64,000 nt of DNA, from positions 1 to 64,000 of the forward strand of contig CAWJSK010000017.1 in assembly GCA_963845535.1 (NCBI GenBank). Direction: 5' to 3'. How positions within the stretch are numbered: the stretch's first letter is position 1; each line of letters starts with the position of its first letter. The notes under the pieces were generated by a model, which worked only from the letters and a program-made list of their open reading frames with translations, searched no databases and had not been told where the DNA came from. Origin of the DNA: an uncultured Spirochaetota bacterium. Lineage in GTDB: Bacteria > Spirochaetota > Spirochaetia > SZUA-6 > Fen-1364. The position numbers were made by a program, and so were the translations under genes. Positions 47,577 to 57,075 of the stretch are shown here, piece by piece.

Positions 47577-49067
47577 TCAGTCCTCGCGGACATGGACCCC
47601 AGATCCGTCCGCTACGTACAACTTGGCTCGGGAGGAGCCGTTGGCGGGCACCCGGGTCTCCAGGATCACGGGCCTTCCCCAAAGGGTATGGATGTGCCGC
47701 AAGGTCCTCGTGCAGTACTCCTCATCCAAAGGCAGGCCCTCATAGGAGTGCTGGAGATAGAGCTGGAGGCTGTCCTGATAATTGCCATCCACCAGGAGGA
47801 TGCGGGGGACGCCCCAGTTCATCATGGTCTGGACCAGCAGTCGTTTCACCGCGCGCCAGTCGGTCTCCGCAACCACGGTCTCATAGACCTCTTCCCGCTC
47901 CGCCTCCATGTAGATGTAGAGCTTGAGGCTTTCGATCAGCTCCCGGGTGAGGAACTCATCCAGGAAGAACCAATCCATGTACGTTCGGCGCACGTCGAAG
48001 GTCTTTTCCCGCCCCAGGCCCAGGTTCCTGTCCCAGTTCTTCCTCTCCGCCATCCCGAGGCTCTCCTCGTACTCCTTGCCGAACCGGCCCTTGTTCCACC
48101 GATCCTCGATATCCACGAACATGGCGTGACCCAGGAGGTACGGGTTGATTGAGCGCGGGTTATGCGCTTTCACCCGCGAGTTGTAGAGGTTGTAGATGCC
48201 GTGAGCCTCGGCATCCAGGAACTTCATGCCGAACAGCCGCTGCATGATCTTCTCATGCCAGTAGGTGGCCCACCCTTCGTTCATGATCTTCGTCCGGCGG
48301 TACGGCATGAAGTACTGCGACTGCTCCCGCACCACTCCCAGGATGTCTCTCTCCCACTCCGCCAGGGGACGCGGTGAATGCTCGACGATGTAGCCCAGCA
48401 GCTCCACGGTGGGCTGAGGGGGGGTGCGCCGCCGCAGTTGGCGTTTCTCCTCGGTGGACGGCTCCGCCCGCTGAGGCAACAGATCGTCGAAAGCCCCGCG
48501 GGCGGGGACCGCCTTGGCCCAGCCATACAGCCGCTCCCGTTCCTGCTGCTCGGTCTCAGGATGGGTGGCCGCGTCAGGGTCGATGTTCCACTGGACGGCA
48601 AGCGCCGCATCCAGGAGGTTCTCCACGGCCTCCAGCCCATAGTCCTCCTCGTACTGACGGAGCCGCGCCGCGGCCTCGGAGGCGGAGGTGATCATGTCCC
48701 TGCGGGAAAGGGCGAAGTGGCGATTGTTCTTCATGAAATCATTGTGGGCGTACACGTGGGCCATGACGAGCACCTGGATCACGAAGGGGTTGGTCTCCAT
48801 GATGTATGCCCGCGCGGGGTCGCTGTTGAACACCACCTCGTAGGGGACCCCGTAGCCATGTTCGTAGCGCGTGCGCTCCGTTTCGAAGTTCCTCCCGAAG
48901 CTCCAGTGGGAGAAGTTCACGGGCAATCCATAGGCCATGATCTCCAGCATCTTGAGGTCAGGGATGACGTCGAACTCCTGGGGCAGGAAGTCCAGGCCCA
49001 GCTCCCGGGCAATCTCCTGGATCAGCCGGTCCGCTTCGTTCAGCCGCGTGAGGTCAGTTCCGGCCAT
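47577..49067 (-). CDS. SpoVR family protein
   Basis: HWSFG, YEVVFNSDP, AHVYAHNDF and TKIMNEGWATYWH. Confidence 0.95.
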   Translation of the reverse strand: MAGTDLTRLNEADRLIQEIARELGLDFLPQEFDVIPDLKMLEIMAYGLPVNFSHWSFGRNFETERTRYEHGYGVPYEVVFNSDPARAYIMETNPFVIQVLVMAHVYAHNDFMKNNRHFALSRRDMITSASEAAARLRQYEEDYGLEAVENLLDAALAVQWNIDPDAATHPETEQQERERLYGWAKAVPARGAFDDLLPQRAEPSTEEKRQLRRRTPPQPTVELLGYIVEHSPRPLAEWERDILGVVREQSQYFMPYRRTKIMNEGWATYWHEKIMQRLFGMKFLDAEAHGIYNLYNSRVKAHNPRSINPYLLGHAMFVDIEDRWNKGRFGKEYEESLGMAERKNWDRNLGLGREKTFDVRRTYMDWFFLDEFLTRELIESLKLYIYMEAEREEVYETVVAETDWRAVKRLLVQTMMNWGVPRILLVDGNYQDSLQLYLQHSYEGLPLDEEYCTRTLRHIHTLWGRPVILETRVPANGSSRAKLYVADGSGVHVRED

Positions 49068-49074
49068 GGGTCCG

Positions 49075-50370
49075 TTACTCAGGCCTGAGGATGGCGCGCA
49101 AGGCAGGATAGAGGTCCTCCTTGGCGCGCAGGATGACGCCAATGAAAGGGGACCCCGCCCAGTCACCTTCGAAATATGGCAACCGCTCAGCCATGCCCTC
49201 TCTGAGCCCCAGCTCCCGGCGGAACTCCTGCATCAGGACGGAGGAGCTGTACTCCTCCTGGATCTCCCCGTATCCCAGGGTCGACACCCCCTTCTCCAGC
49301 AAAGCCTTGGCGGCGCCGACCGTCTCTGCCACGTCCCAGTCCTCTCCATCGGAGAAGTGGAAAGGATAGACGTTCCAGGAACTGGTGGGGTAGGCGGAGT
49401 CTATCAGCTCAGCGGCCAGCGCATACGCGGAAGCGCAGCGGGTCCCCCCGGATTCCCCCTTGTGGAAGAACTCCTGCTCGTCGACAAGCTTCGCCTCGGT
49501 TGTATGGGCGATGAACCGGATGTCCACGCGCTTGTACAGGCTCCTCAGGAAGGAGAGCATCCAAAAGAAGAAGGAGCGCGCCATGTACTTCTTCATGGTC
49601 CCCATGCTGCCGGAGACGTCCATCATCGCCATGACCACGGCATTGGACTGCGACTCGGTGTCCTCGATCACCGTTCGAAAGCGCAGGTCAGCGCTTTCCA
49701 GGAACGTCTCCTGCGCCCCGGAGGGAGTGCCCTGCACAGCCCCACCGGCAAGCAAGGCGCGGGCGCGCTCCATGGCTCCACCCGCGTTGATCAGGGCGCC
49801 GCGGCACTCGGCCTCGGTCCGCCCCGTCTCCCGCATGAGCTGGGCCACAAGGACCTCGGTGCGAAGGATGGCCTCCTTCACCGTGCGTTTCTTGTCGATG
49901 CGCGACCAGACCCCGGCCTTTTCCACGGAGTCGATCTTCCAGCCCGCCTTGAAGAGAGTCTCACGGGCCTCCTTCTGCGTGAGGTTGGGAAGCCCGAGAT
50001 CCTCCAGCATCATCTGGACGAGCTCTTCCAGATCGATCTCGGTCTCCAGGTAGTCGACCCCCGGCTCTTCCCCCGGCTTGCCCGGCTGCCCGGGCCCCGG
50101 CTTGGGCCGCCGGCCAATGAGCTTGCCCTTTTCCCCTTCGCCGCTGCCGAATCCGCCGGACGCGTTGCCTGCCTGGCCGTGGATGAAGCGGTAGCTCTTC
50201 AGCCCGCGGATGGGAACCTTGACCAGCCGGTTCTCCTTGCGGGTGATGATGGCTTCATCACTGATGATATCCGGCAGGTTCTTGCGGATGGCTTCCTTCA
50301 CTTTGGCGCGGTGGCGGGCCGCGTCCGCCCTTCCTCGAGGAGAGGAGCCATAGTCCGGTTTTGCCACCAT
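49075..50370 (-). CDS. YeaH/YhbH (DUF444) vWA protein
   Basis: DAARHRAKVKEAI, MMDVSGSMG, ESGGT and FHFSDGED. Confidence 0.95.
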   Translation of the reverse strand: MVAKPDYGSSPRGRADAARHRAKVKEAIRKNLPDIISDEAIITRKENRLVKVPIRGLKSYRFIHGQAGNASGGFGSGEGEKGKLIGRRPKPGPGQPGKPGEEPGVDYLETEIDLEELVQMMLEDLGLPNLTQKEARETLFKAGWKIDSVEKAGVWSRIDKKRTVKEAILRTEVLVAQLMRETGRTEAECRGALINAGGAMERARALLAGGAVQGTPSGAQETFLESADLRFRTVIEDTESQSNAVVMAMMDVSGSMGTMKKYMARSFFFWMLSFLRSLYKRVDIRFIAHTTEAKLVDEQEFFHKGESGGTRCASAYALAAELIDSAYPTSSWNVYPFHFSDGEDWDVAETVGAAKALLEKGVSTLGYGEIQEEYSSSVLMQEFRRELGLREGMAERLPYFEGDWAGSPFIGVILRAKEDLYPALRAILRPE

Positions 50371-50376
50371 ACCGAT

Positions 50377-52356
50377 CTACTCCTCCCGGCGCAGAATGTC
50401 GCCCACGAACTCCAGCAAGGCCTCCGCGCAGACCGGGCAGTAGCCCCGCTCCTGGAGCTTGGAGATTGCCTCGTTCTTCCGCTCCAACGTCTTGGGGTCC
50501 CGGCGCGACTTGTCAGCCAGCGTGAGGGACACGATGTTCTTGAGATCGGCGATCAGCTTCTTCTCGATTGCTTCCTGGAGCGGCGGGTAGGTCTTGAAGT
50601 CGAAGGTTTCACCGCGGTCCAGCGCATCCGACTTGAACACGAACAGTCCCTGGCGGAACTCCGCCTTGGCGCTCTCGGAGATCCCCGCCATCTCCTCGAT
50701 GGAGCGCATGAGCCGCTCGTCGGGCTCTCTCTCCTCATGGGTGACAGGGTCCGCGATGGTGCGCTTCAGGCAAAAGGCCGTGGCGTTTCGGATGTAGTTG
50801 TCGAACAGCGCCTGCGCCTGGTCCTCATACGCAAAGAGGAAGGCGTGGTTGATCTCCTTCTTGGCGCGCTGCCGGTAATCAGCCAGAACACTGGCCTTCT
50901 CCGCCATGAGCAGGTCAATGTAGCGGCTCTTCTCCTCATCAGTGAAACCGATGTGGTGATCGAACTGGTGCTTCAGCGCGCGGATCACGTCCACCGGATT
51001 GATGCATCCTGAGTTGCCCTTGGCCGCCCCCAGGGCAAGGTTCAACGCGTTCATGATGAAGCGCGGGCTGATGCCGGACATGCCTTCACCCTTCTCCTTG
51101 CCCTCCAGCCAGAGCTTCTTCAGGTCAACAGGGTCCTTCTCCTTTTCCAGGATGGCTTCGCCGTTGTAGTAGCGGGCCTTCTTGAGTAGGTCGGGGCACA
51201 GCGGGGAGGGGACCAGCCGCGTAAGCACAGCGAAGAGGGCCGCCATCTCCAGCGCCTGAGGCGCTATGTGCACCTGGTCGCGGAACTCGCTCTGGTGGAT
51301 CAGCTTCTGGTAGATCCCCATCTCGTCCCGGTAGCGAAGGTTGTACGGCACGTAGATCGGGTACATCCGGTCGTGCAGCGCCTCATTCTCCTTGTTGGAC
51401 TTGAACTTCTCGAACTCCGTCTGATTGGTGTGGCTGATGATCACGGTGTCCACGTAAGTCTGCGGGAAGCCCGGCGCCTTGATCATCTGTTCCTGAGCCA
51501 CCGTGATCAGCACGTAGTGAAACTTGATGTCGCACTTCAGGATCTCGACGTACTCGATCAGGCCCCGGTTGGCAATCTGCAGCTCCCCGTCGAACCGGTA
51601 GCCCAGGGGATGACCCTCCCCGTACTGGGTGATCCTGCCAAAATCGACGTGCCCAATGAGCTCCGCAATGTCCTGGTTCTTGGGGTCCGATGGCTGGAAG
51701 GTCCCGATGCCGGCCCGCGCCCTTTCACTCAAGTGGATCTGCACAACCGGCATATCTTCCCACTTGAAATTGCCCTCCAGGTCACGGTACCTCGCTTCAT
51801 TGGTGAGGTGGTAACGGCACACCGGGCAAAGGTCCCCTTCGATCCTGACCCCCAGGAGCTTCTCGAACTCCGGGCGCTGGGACCGAGGGACCAGGTGCAG
51901 CGGTTCCTCGTTCACCGGGCAGCCCTTGATGGCGTACTGGGGGACGGAGTACTGCTCCAGCCCCTTCTTCAGCAGGGACACGATGGTCGACTTGCCGGAG
52001 GATACGGGGCCAACGAGAATGAGGATCCTCTTGCCGGTCTCCGTGCGGTTGGCGCCGGCCCGGAAGAAGCGCACCAGGTCGTGGAGGACCTCCTCGATGC
52101 CGAAGACCTCCCCGGCGAAGAAGTTGTACTTCACCTCGTCCTCGTAATGCGGGAGCTTCTCGAAACCGGTGATCTCCGCGGTCCCCTTCTCCAGCAGCAT
52201 GTCGAAGATCCGGCCCGGAGCAAGCTGCGCGATCTTGGGGTTGGCATGAACCATCCCCATGTAGTCCCTCATCGTGCCTTCCCAGGTTCCGCCCTGGTTG
52301 GCCTTCGTTTCGCGCACAAGGGCGTCCAGTGAATCCTCGAAGCGATTATTCGCCAC
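50377..52356 (-). CDS. prkA: PrkA/YeaG family AAA+ serine protein kinase
   Basis: GPVSSGKS Walker A, CPVNEEPL, FDGELQIANRG and GISPRF; AGGAGG RBS before GTG. Confidence 0.93.
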   Translation of the reverse strand: MANNRFEDSLDALVRETKANQGGTWEGTMRDYMGMVHANPKIAQLAPGRIFDMLLEKGTAEITGFEKLPHYEDEVKYNFFAGEVFGIEEVLHDLVRFFRAGANRTETGKRILILVGPVSSGKSTIVSLLKKGLEQYSVPQYAIKGCPVNEEPLHLVPRSQRPEFEKLLGVRIEGDLCPVCRYHLTNEARYRDLEGNFKWEDMPVVQIHLSERARAGIGTFQPSDPKNQDIAELIGHVDFGRITQYGEGHPLGYRFDGELQIANRGLIEYVEILKCDIKFHYVLITVAQEQMIKAPGFPQTYVDTVIISHTNQTEFEKFKSNKENEALHDRMYPIYVPYNLRYRDEMGIYQKLIHQSEFRDQVHIAPQALEMAALFAVLTRLVPSPLCPDLLKKARYYNGEAILEKEKDPVDLKKLWLEGKEKGEGMSGISPRFIMNALNLALGAAKGNSGCINPVDVIRALKHQFDHHIGFTDEEKSRYIDLLMAEKASVLADYRQRAKKEINHAFLFAYEDQAQALFDNYIRNATAFCLKRTIADPVTHEEREPDERLMRSIEEMAGISESAKAEFRQGLFVFKSDALDRGETFDFKTYPPLQEAIEKKLIADLKNIVSLTLADKSRRDPKTLERKNEAISKLQERGYCPVCAEALLEFVGDILRREE

Positions 52357-52599
52357 GCGCGTACCTCCTGGGGTGGTTCTTCCCCGCATCCGCGGCCGCC
52401 GAGGGGATGGTCATGTGTCCTTGTACGGAATGCCAGCCGGCTGGCGTGACAGGCCTCCGCGGAGCGCCGCGAGCCCAAGGCTCCGCGACACCTGGCGCGG
52501 TCATCGCACGTTCGTTGCCCTCGGTCTCCACGGCTGTTGCGCTTTCAATGTACTCACAGGGACACAGCCAGCAAAGCGCCACCGAAGAGGGCCGGCGCG

Positions 52600-55239
52600 C
52601 TATGCATCCGCAGTCTCGGTGGACCCGAAGGTGAGCGCGGCAATGAGGTAGATCACAATGACGCAGGCAAGCACCACGACAAAGCCCGCGGAGATCGAAA
52701 TGATCCTTGTGAGCACCGAGCCGGTCACGGAGAGCGCGCCGTTCATGCCCCATGCCCACGGGAGCAGGCTCCTGCGTCGTGAAGAGAGACCGTCAAGCCC
52801 GGTCGGGAAGGGAATCCCTAAACAGAATGCCGCGGGAGCGATGAAGAGAACCGAGAGCAGAACCTTCACGGGGAGGGCGAGTCCAAGGGTGGCGTTCAGC
52901 AGGGGTGAAAGCGCAAAGACGTAGAAGAGCATGAAAAGCGCTATGCCTCCCGCGGCCAGCCATACCCGCAGCGAACGGCTCACCGGGAGGCGGTTTCCTG
53001 CAAGAGCTCCAAGCCCGGAGGCAACGAGCATCGTCGTGAGGACGATGGAGCTCGAGTACACGGGCTCCGCCAGGTAGAAGGTGAAGCGCTGCAGGAGGTA
53101 GATCTCCGCCATCATGTAGCCCAGGCCGAGCGCCCCGAAATAGAGGATGACGCCGAGGGTTCCCCGGCGCCGCCGGAAAAGGGCACGCCAGCTCCCCACG
53201 ACGGGAATCGTGATGATCAGGAAGCCAAAGAGGATCGACTGGAGGAACGTGCCAAAAAGGAGAAGCTGGCCCCAGACCTCGGGTATCTGTCCGACATGAC
53301 GAGCCATGGCGCCGATGGTGGGAAGCTTGAGGTAAGTGCTGTAGTAGGGGCGGTCATCGGTTGCCGGCCGGATATCGAAGACATACCTCTCGAAAAGCTC
53401 GGCCGCCTTTCCGTGAAGGATCCATGCAAGGGTGAAGTGGTACAGGTCGCTCGGGACAAGCGGCTTCCCGGCGTCCCCGAGTGACGGGGCCGCGTCTCCC
53501 GCCCCACTGGCGTGCGCGCTCTCCCTGAGCATCTGCGCCAGATTGACCGTGTCCGGATGCACGCTCGGCACGGCGCCTGGTTCAATCGCGGGTTCAGCGC
53601 TCTTTCCGATGCCATAGAGACTCTGGTAGCCGGCGAGAATCTGGTCGAAGCTCTTTCCCGGCGGCGCCGGCATTCCCGGGTAGTAGTCCACGTTGAACGA
53701 CATCCGGTCGCAGAAGCCGCGAAGCGCCGCGATATCCCGAGGGGTAAGATCGGAGCTCTTCACGAGGATGGTTGCCGTTGAAAGGAGAAGATCGAAGGCG
53801 AAAATACGCTTCCGCGGATCTTTCACTCCTTCCCGCGTGAGAGCTTCGACCACCGTCGAAAGCAGCTTCGGCACGTTCTGGGGAGGGTCCACGGTGTTCC
53901 AGACGGCGATCGAAAGGATGCCGTCCCTGGTGAGGCTCTTCAGATAGTCATCCATCCCCTGGACCGTATAGACGTAGTCTTCTTTGATCGGGTAGCCGCC
54001 GGCCTGGGAAAGCCCGATCGAATCGATGAGGCTGATTTCGACCAGGTCATACCGCTGTGCGGTGGAAGCGGAATAAGCCCGCGGCTCAGTGCTGATCACG
54101 CGTACGCGCGGGTCGGAAAGGACGTCTCCCGTGAACCGTTGAAAGACGGGAACGTCTTTGAGCATGTGGATCAAGTCGCGGTTGGGCTCCACAACGTCGA
54201 CTGTCCGCGCGTCATGGTAGAGGGCGGTGAAGACGCCAATGGCTCCCCCGAGCCTCAGAAGGAGCACCCGCGGCTTCTGCAGGAGGAGATAAGGAGCGGA
54301 CATCGGAAGATAGTCGATGTAGCCCTCTTCGCTGCGCGAGAGCTTTCGCATGACGCCGATGGGCCCGTTTCCGTCGATATACAGCCCCATGTAGGCGTCC
54401 CGGGGCATGGAGGAAAGGTTGAGGGATGCGTTGTCGCTCAGGCCCGGGGCGAAGTGAAAGTAGGAGCTCTTGTAGACGTCCATCTCCCCCGCGGGACTCG
54501 AGTGATGATAGACCTCCTGCGCGTCAGGGAAGCGCCGTGCGTAGCTGATTGGCTTGAAATCTGAAACTTTGATTGCGCCCCACAGCTCCACGGCTGCGAA
54601 CGACCCGGCGAATGCCAGCAGGATGAGCATGGCATTCCCGAGCCGGAGGGAAAGCCTGCCGGGGCTGCCGCTCCAGCTCACCGCACTGAGGAGGGCCGCG
54701 AGAGAAGACAGCGCAAGAAGGGGGAGGATGAGCCTTGCCGGGGGCAGGAGGAACATCAGGAGAAGGATGACAAATCCGCCGACGCCCGAACCCAGCATGT
54801 TCCAGAAGTAGACGTGATGAATCCGGCCCGAAAACGCCATGAAAACCACGCCAATGAACAGAGCCCCAAAGAAGAACGGGACCGCATAGATCACGTAGTA
54901 GGCGGCGATCCACCAGAGCTGTGTCGAGTCAGAGACAATGAGCACCGGGTTGAAGGGGACCTGCTGGGCCAGGACCTGGGAGAGGGCCATTGTCGGCCCC
55001 ATGAGGAACGAGGTGATGAAGAGCCAGGCGTCCGGATTTGCAAGGACCCGTTTCTGGAGAAGGGTGAGGAGCGTGCCGGCAAGCCCGAAGCCCAGGAGGC
55101 CGATGGAGATGACCATCGAGCCGAAGGTGTCCCAGCTCCCCACCGCGAACAGGCGCATGATCCCCAGCTCGTATGCCAGAAGGGCGACGGAAAGAAGAAA
55201 AAGCGCGGAAAGCCTGAACCGGGAAAGCTGTGGCGTCAC
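52600..55239 (-). CDS. Multi-TM protein with central spermidine synthase-like/SAM-methyltransferase domain
   Basis: N- and C-terminal TM blocks; HFAPGLS, VDVVEPN, RYDLVEI, RPATDDRPY and WAWGMNGALSV. Confidence 0.82.
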   Translation of the reverse strand: MTPQLSRFRLSALFLLSVALLAYELGIMRLFAVGSWDTFGSMVISIGLLGFGLAGTLLTLLQKRVLANPDAWLFITSFLMGPTMALSQVLAQQVPFNPVLIVSDSTQLWWIAAYYVIYAVPFFFGALFIGVVFMAFSGRIHHVYFWNMLGSGVGGFVILLLMFLLPPARLILPLLALSSLAALLSAVSWSGSPGRLSLRLGNAMLILLAFAGSFAAVELWGAIKVSDFKPISYARRFPDAQEVYHHSSPAGEMDVYKSSYFHFAPGLSDNASLNLSSMPRDAYMGLYIDGNGPIGVMRKLSRSEEGYIDYLPMSAPYLLLQKPRVLLLRLGGAIGVFTALYHDARTVDVVEPNRDLIHMLKDVPVFQRFTGDVLSDPRVRVISTEPRAYSASTAQRYDLVEISLIDSIGLSQAGGYPIKEDYVYTVQGMDDYLKSLTRDGILSIAVWNTVDPPQNVPKLLSTVVEALTREGVKDPRKRIFAFDLLLSTATILVKSSDLTPRDIAALRGFCDRMSFNVDYYPGMPAPPGKSFDQILAGYQSLYGIGKSAEPAIEPGAVPSVHPDTVNLAQMLRESAHASGAGDAAPSLGDAGKPLVPSDLYHFTLAWILHGKAAELFERYVFDIRPATDDRPYYSTYLKLPTIGAMARHVGQIPEVWGQLLLFGTFLQSILFGFLIITIPVVGSWRALFRRRRGTLGVILYFGALGLGYMMAEIYLLQRFTFYLAEPVYSSSIVLTTMLVASGLGALAGNRLPVSRSLRVWLAAGGIALFMLFYVFALSPLLNATLGLALPVKVLLSVLFIAPAAFCLGIPFPTGLDGLSSRRRSLLPWAWGMNGALSVTGSVLTRIISISAGFVVVLACVIVIYLIAALTFGSTETADA

Positions 55240-55266
55240 GGAGCGCGTCCCTGGCTTCGTTCGCCG

Positions 55267-56142
55267 TCAGCGTCCGGCATCTGCGGCCAGCGAGTGGACT
55301 CCTCCGCCCGCGGCGGTGAAGGGCACGAAGACGTCTTTCGTCATGCCGTGATAGATGTCTTCGCGCGTCAGGGTGACGTGTCCGTTCGCATCCGCGTGCT
55401 TGGTGATCTTGAGGATGGTCTGCCCCGAGGGTGGGCCCACGGGAATCAGCATGATCCCGCCCGGAGCAAGCTCGTGAATGAGCTCAGGCGGGATATGGTC
55501 GATGCCGCAGGTGACGATAATGCGCGCAAAAGGCGCATTGTCCTTCCACCCGTAATACCCGTCGGCAATCCGCCGATGGATGTTTGCGTACTCCGGCATT
55601 TCGCGGGTGTGCGAAAGGTAGATTGCGTTGGTCTCCTCAGCGAGCGGCTTCACGATCTCAATCGTGTAGACATTGTTGGAGAGCTCGGAGAGGAAAGCGG
55701 ACTGGTACCCGGAGCCTGTCCCGATCTCCAGCACTCGCTGCCCGGGCTGAGGGTCAAGGCGGTCGGTCATCCGCGCCACAAGGTCCGGCCCGGAAATGGT
55801 CTGTCCGTACCCGATAGGCATTGCCGCGTTTGCGTACGCGCGGCGGAGGTTGTACGGACGGACAAACCATTCGCGGGGGGTAAGAAGAAAAGCCGTGAGG
55901 ATGCGTTCGCTGCGGATGTGGCCGTGCTCCACCGCGAAAGCGGCGCGCGCCCACCTTTCTCGGAGGAACTTTTCCTGCTGGTCCGGATAGTGAGCCAGCA
56001 TCCAGGCGACATAGGCCTTCTCACTCGTGAGCGGCGGGGACCCAGCCCGGCTCGTGATGTCGTACGCGGGTAACCCCTCCGCCTGCGAAGGAGGAGCAAC
56101 CGCAAGAAGAGCTGCGGCTGCCAGGAGAAACGCAACAATCAC
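55267..56142 (-). CDS. pcm: Protein-L-isoaspartate O-methyltransferase with predicted signal peptide
   Basis: IGYGQTISGP, VLEIGTGSGYQ, DGYYGW and LAPGGIMLIPVG; N-terminal VIVAFLLAAAALLAVAPPSQA; start GTG 56142 or ATG 56160. Confidence 0.88.
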   Translation of the reverse strand: MIVAFLLAAAALLAVAPPSQAEGLPAYDITSRAGSPPLTSEKAYVAWMLAHYPDQQEKFLRERWARAAFAVEHGHIRSERILTAFLLTPREWFVRPYNLRRAYANAAMPIGYGQTISGPDLVARMTDRLDPQPGQRVLEIGTGSGYQSAFLSELSNNVYTIEIVKPLAEETNAIYLSHTREMPEYANIHRRIADGYYGWKDNAPFARIIVTCGIDHIPPELIHELAPGGIMLIPVGPPSGQTILKITKHADANGHVTLTREDIYHGMTKDVFVPFTAAGGGVHSLAADAGR

Positions 56143-56241
56143 GCCTTCACCTCTCCACATTCCAAATTCCCAAGAAAAACGTAGTCCGCCAAGATGAATT
56201 TCACGTGAAGGCGGCTGGCCGAATCGACATTCTCTCAATGA

Positions 56242-56275
56242 GAAGACCCCTGGCGTTGCGACGTCAGGGGTCTTC
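56242..56275 (-). terminator. Hairpin downstream of sulfocyanin-like gene
   Basis: 15-bp near-perfect stem GAAGACCCCTGGCGT/ACGTCAGGGGTCTTC with 4-nt loop. Confidence 0.65.
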
Positions 56276-56293
56276 AGCTCAAAGCTCCGCGGA

Positions 56294-56905
56294 CTATAGG
56301 TTCGGTTTCTGATTCACCAGGACCTGGGGCGCGGCGAGGTTGTCAACAACGTCGAATACGTCCCACATGCCGGCATCCACGTGGCCGGGCACACCGCAGA
56401 CAATGGCGTATTGGCCCGCTTTTTCGGCAGTGAAAGTGAACATTTGAGGATCATCGCCTTTCTCGATCCCCGAGCGGAAATCCGCCGGTGCTGAATGCGC
56501 GAACGCGGCGTGGAAAGACCCTCCCTGCCGCTCGTCCCACGGAACGATCAGCGCGCTGTGCGGCGTATTCGAATCATCGATCATGCTCACCGTTACGCGC
56601 CAACCCGTGGGGACCTGGATGTGCATGTCCCCGGCCGAGTATCCGTTGAAATTGAAGCCTTTCCCGGCGGTGCCTTGGCCGGCAATGAGGTTTACCGTAA
56701 CCGTTTTGGAAGCCATGTTGCTTTTCAGGATCTTGTCGGATCCGGAGTACGAAACCATGACCGCAGCCGCAGTTCCGCCGGGAGCAGCCGCCGCCATTGC
56801 GCCGGCGCTTGTGGTCTTGCTGCCCGAGTTGCCGCAGGCAACGAGCGCCGCGACGGCAAGGGCCAGGACGACGCCGAACCGAGTCAGTGTTACAGCTTTT
56901 ATCAT
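56294..56905 (-). CDS. Sulfocyanin/rusticyanin-like blue copper lipoprotein
   Basis: Lipobox LVAC; FNFNGY, PHS and type-1 Cu ligands CGVPGHVDAGM. Confidence 0.88.
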   Translation of the reverse strand: MIKAVTLTRFGVVLALAVAALVACGNSGSKTTSAGAMAAAAPGGTAAAVMVSYSGSDKILKSNMASKTVTVNLIAGQGTAGKGFNFNGYSAGDMHIQVPTGWRVTVSMIDDSNTPHSALIVPWDERQGGSFHAAFAHSAPADFRSGIEKGDDPQMFTFTAEKAGQYAIVCGVPGHVDAGMWDVFDVVDNLAAPQVLVNQKPNL

Positions 56906-57075
56906 TTGCTCTTTTCCTCCAAACAAACCGTGTGTGTCCTGCGGGAGAGTCAGCAACGCTGTTCCACCCGCGCGCTCTATATATCCGCTTGCGAGATGAA
57001 GAGGAGATGAAGGAGCGGCGTCTTTCTGCCGCGCCATTCTTCCTCTCCGTGGAAGAATTCGATACGTTGAAGTGA

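Noticed and set aside
48937..51012. 691-aa plus-strand ORF
   Set aside because: Antisense shadow of yeaH/prkA
47577..52356. prkA-yeaH-spoVR operon in a probable non-sporulator
   Set aside because: Widespread known operon; only the YeaH insertion is notable
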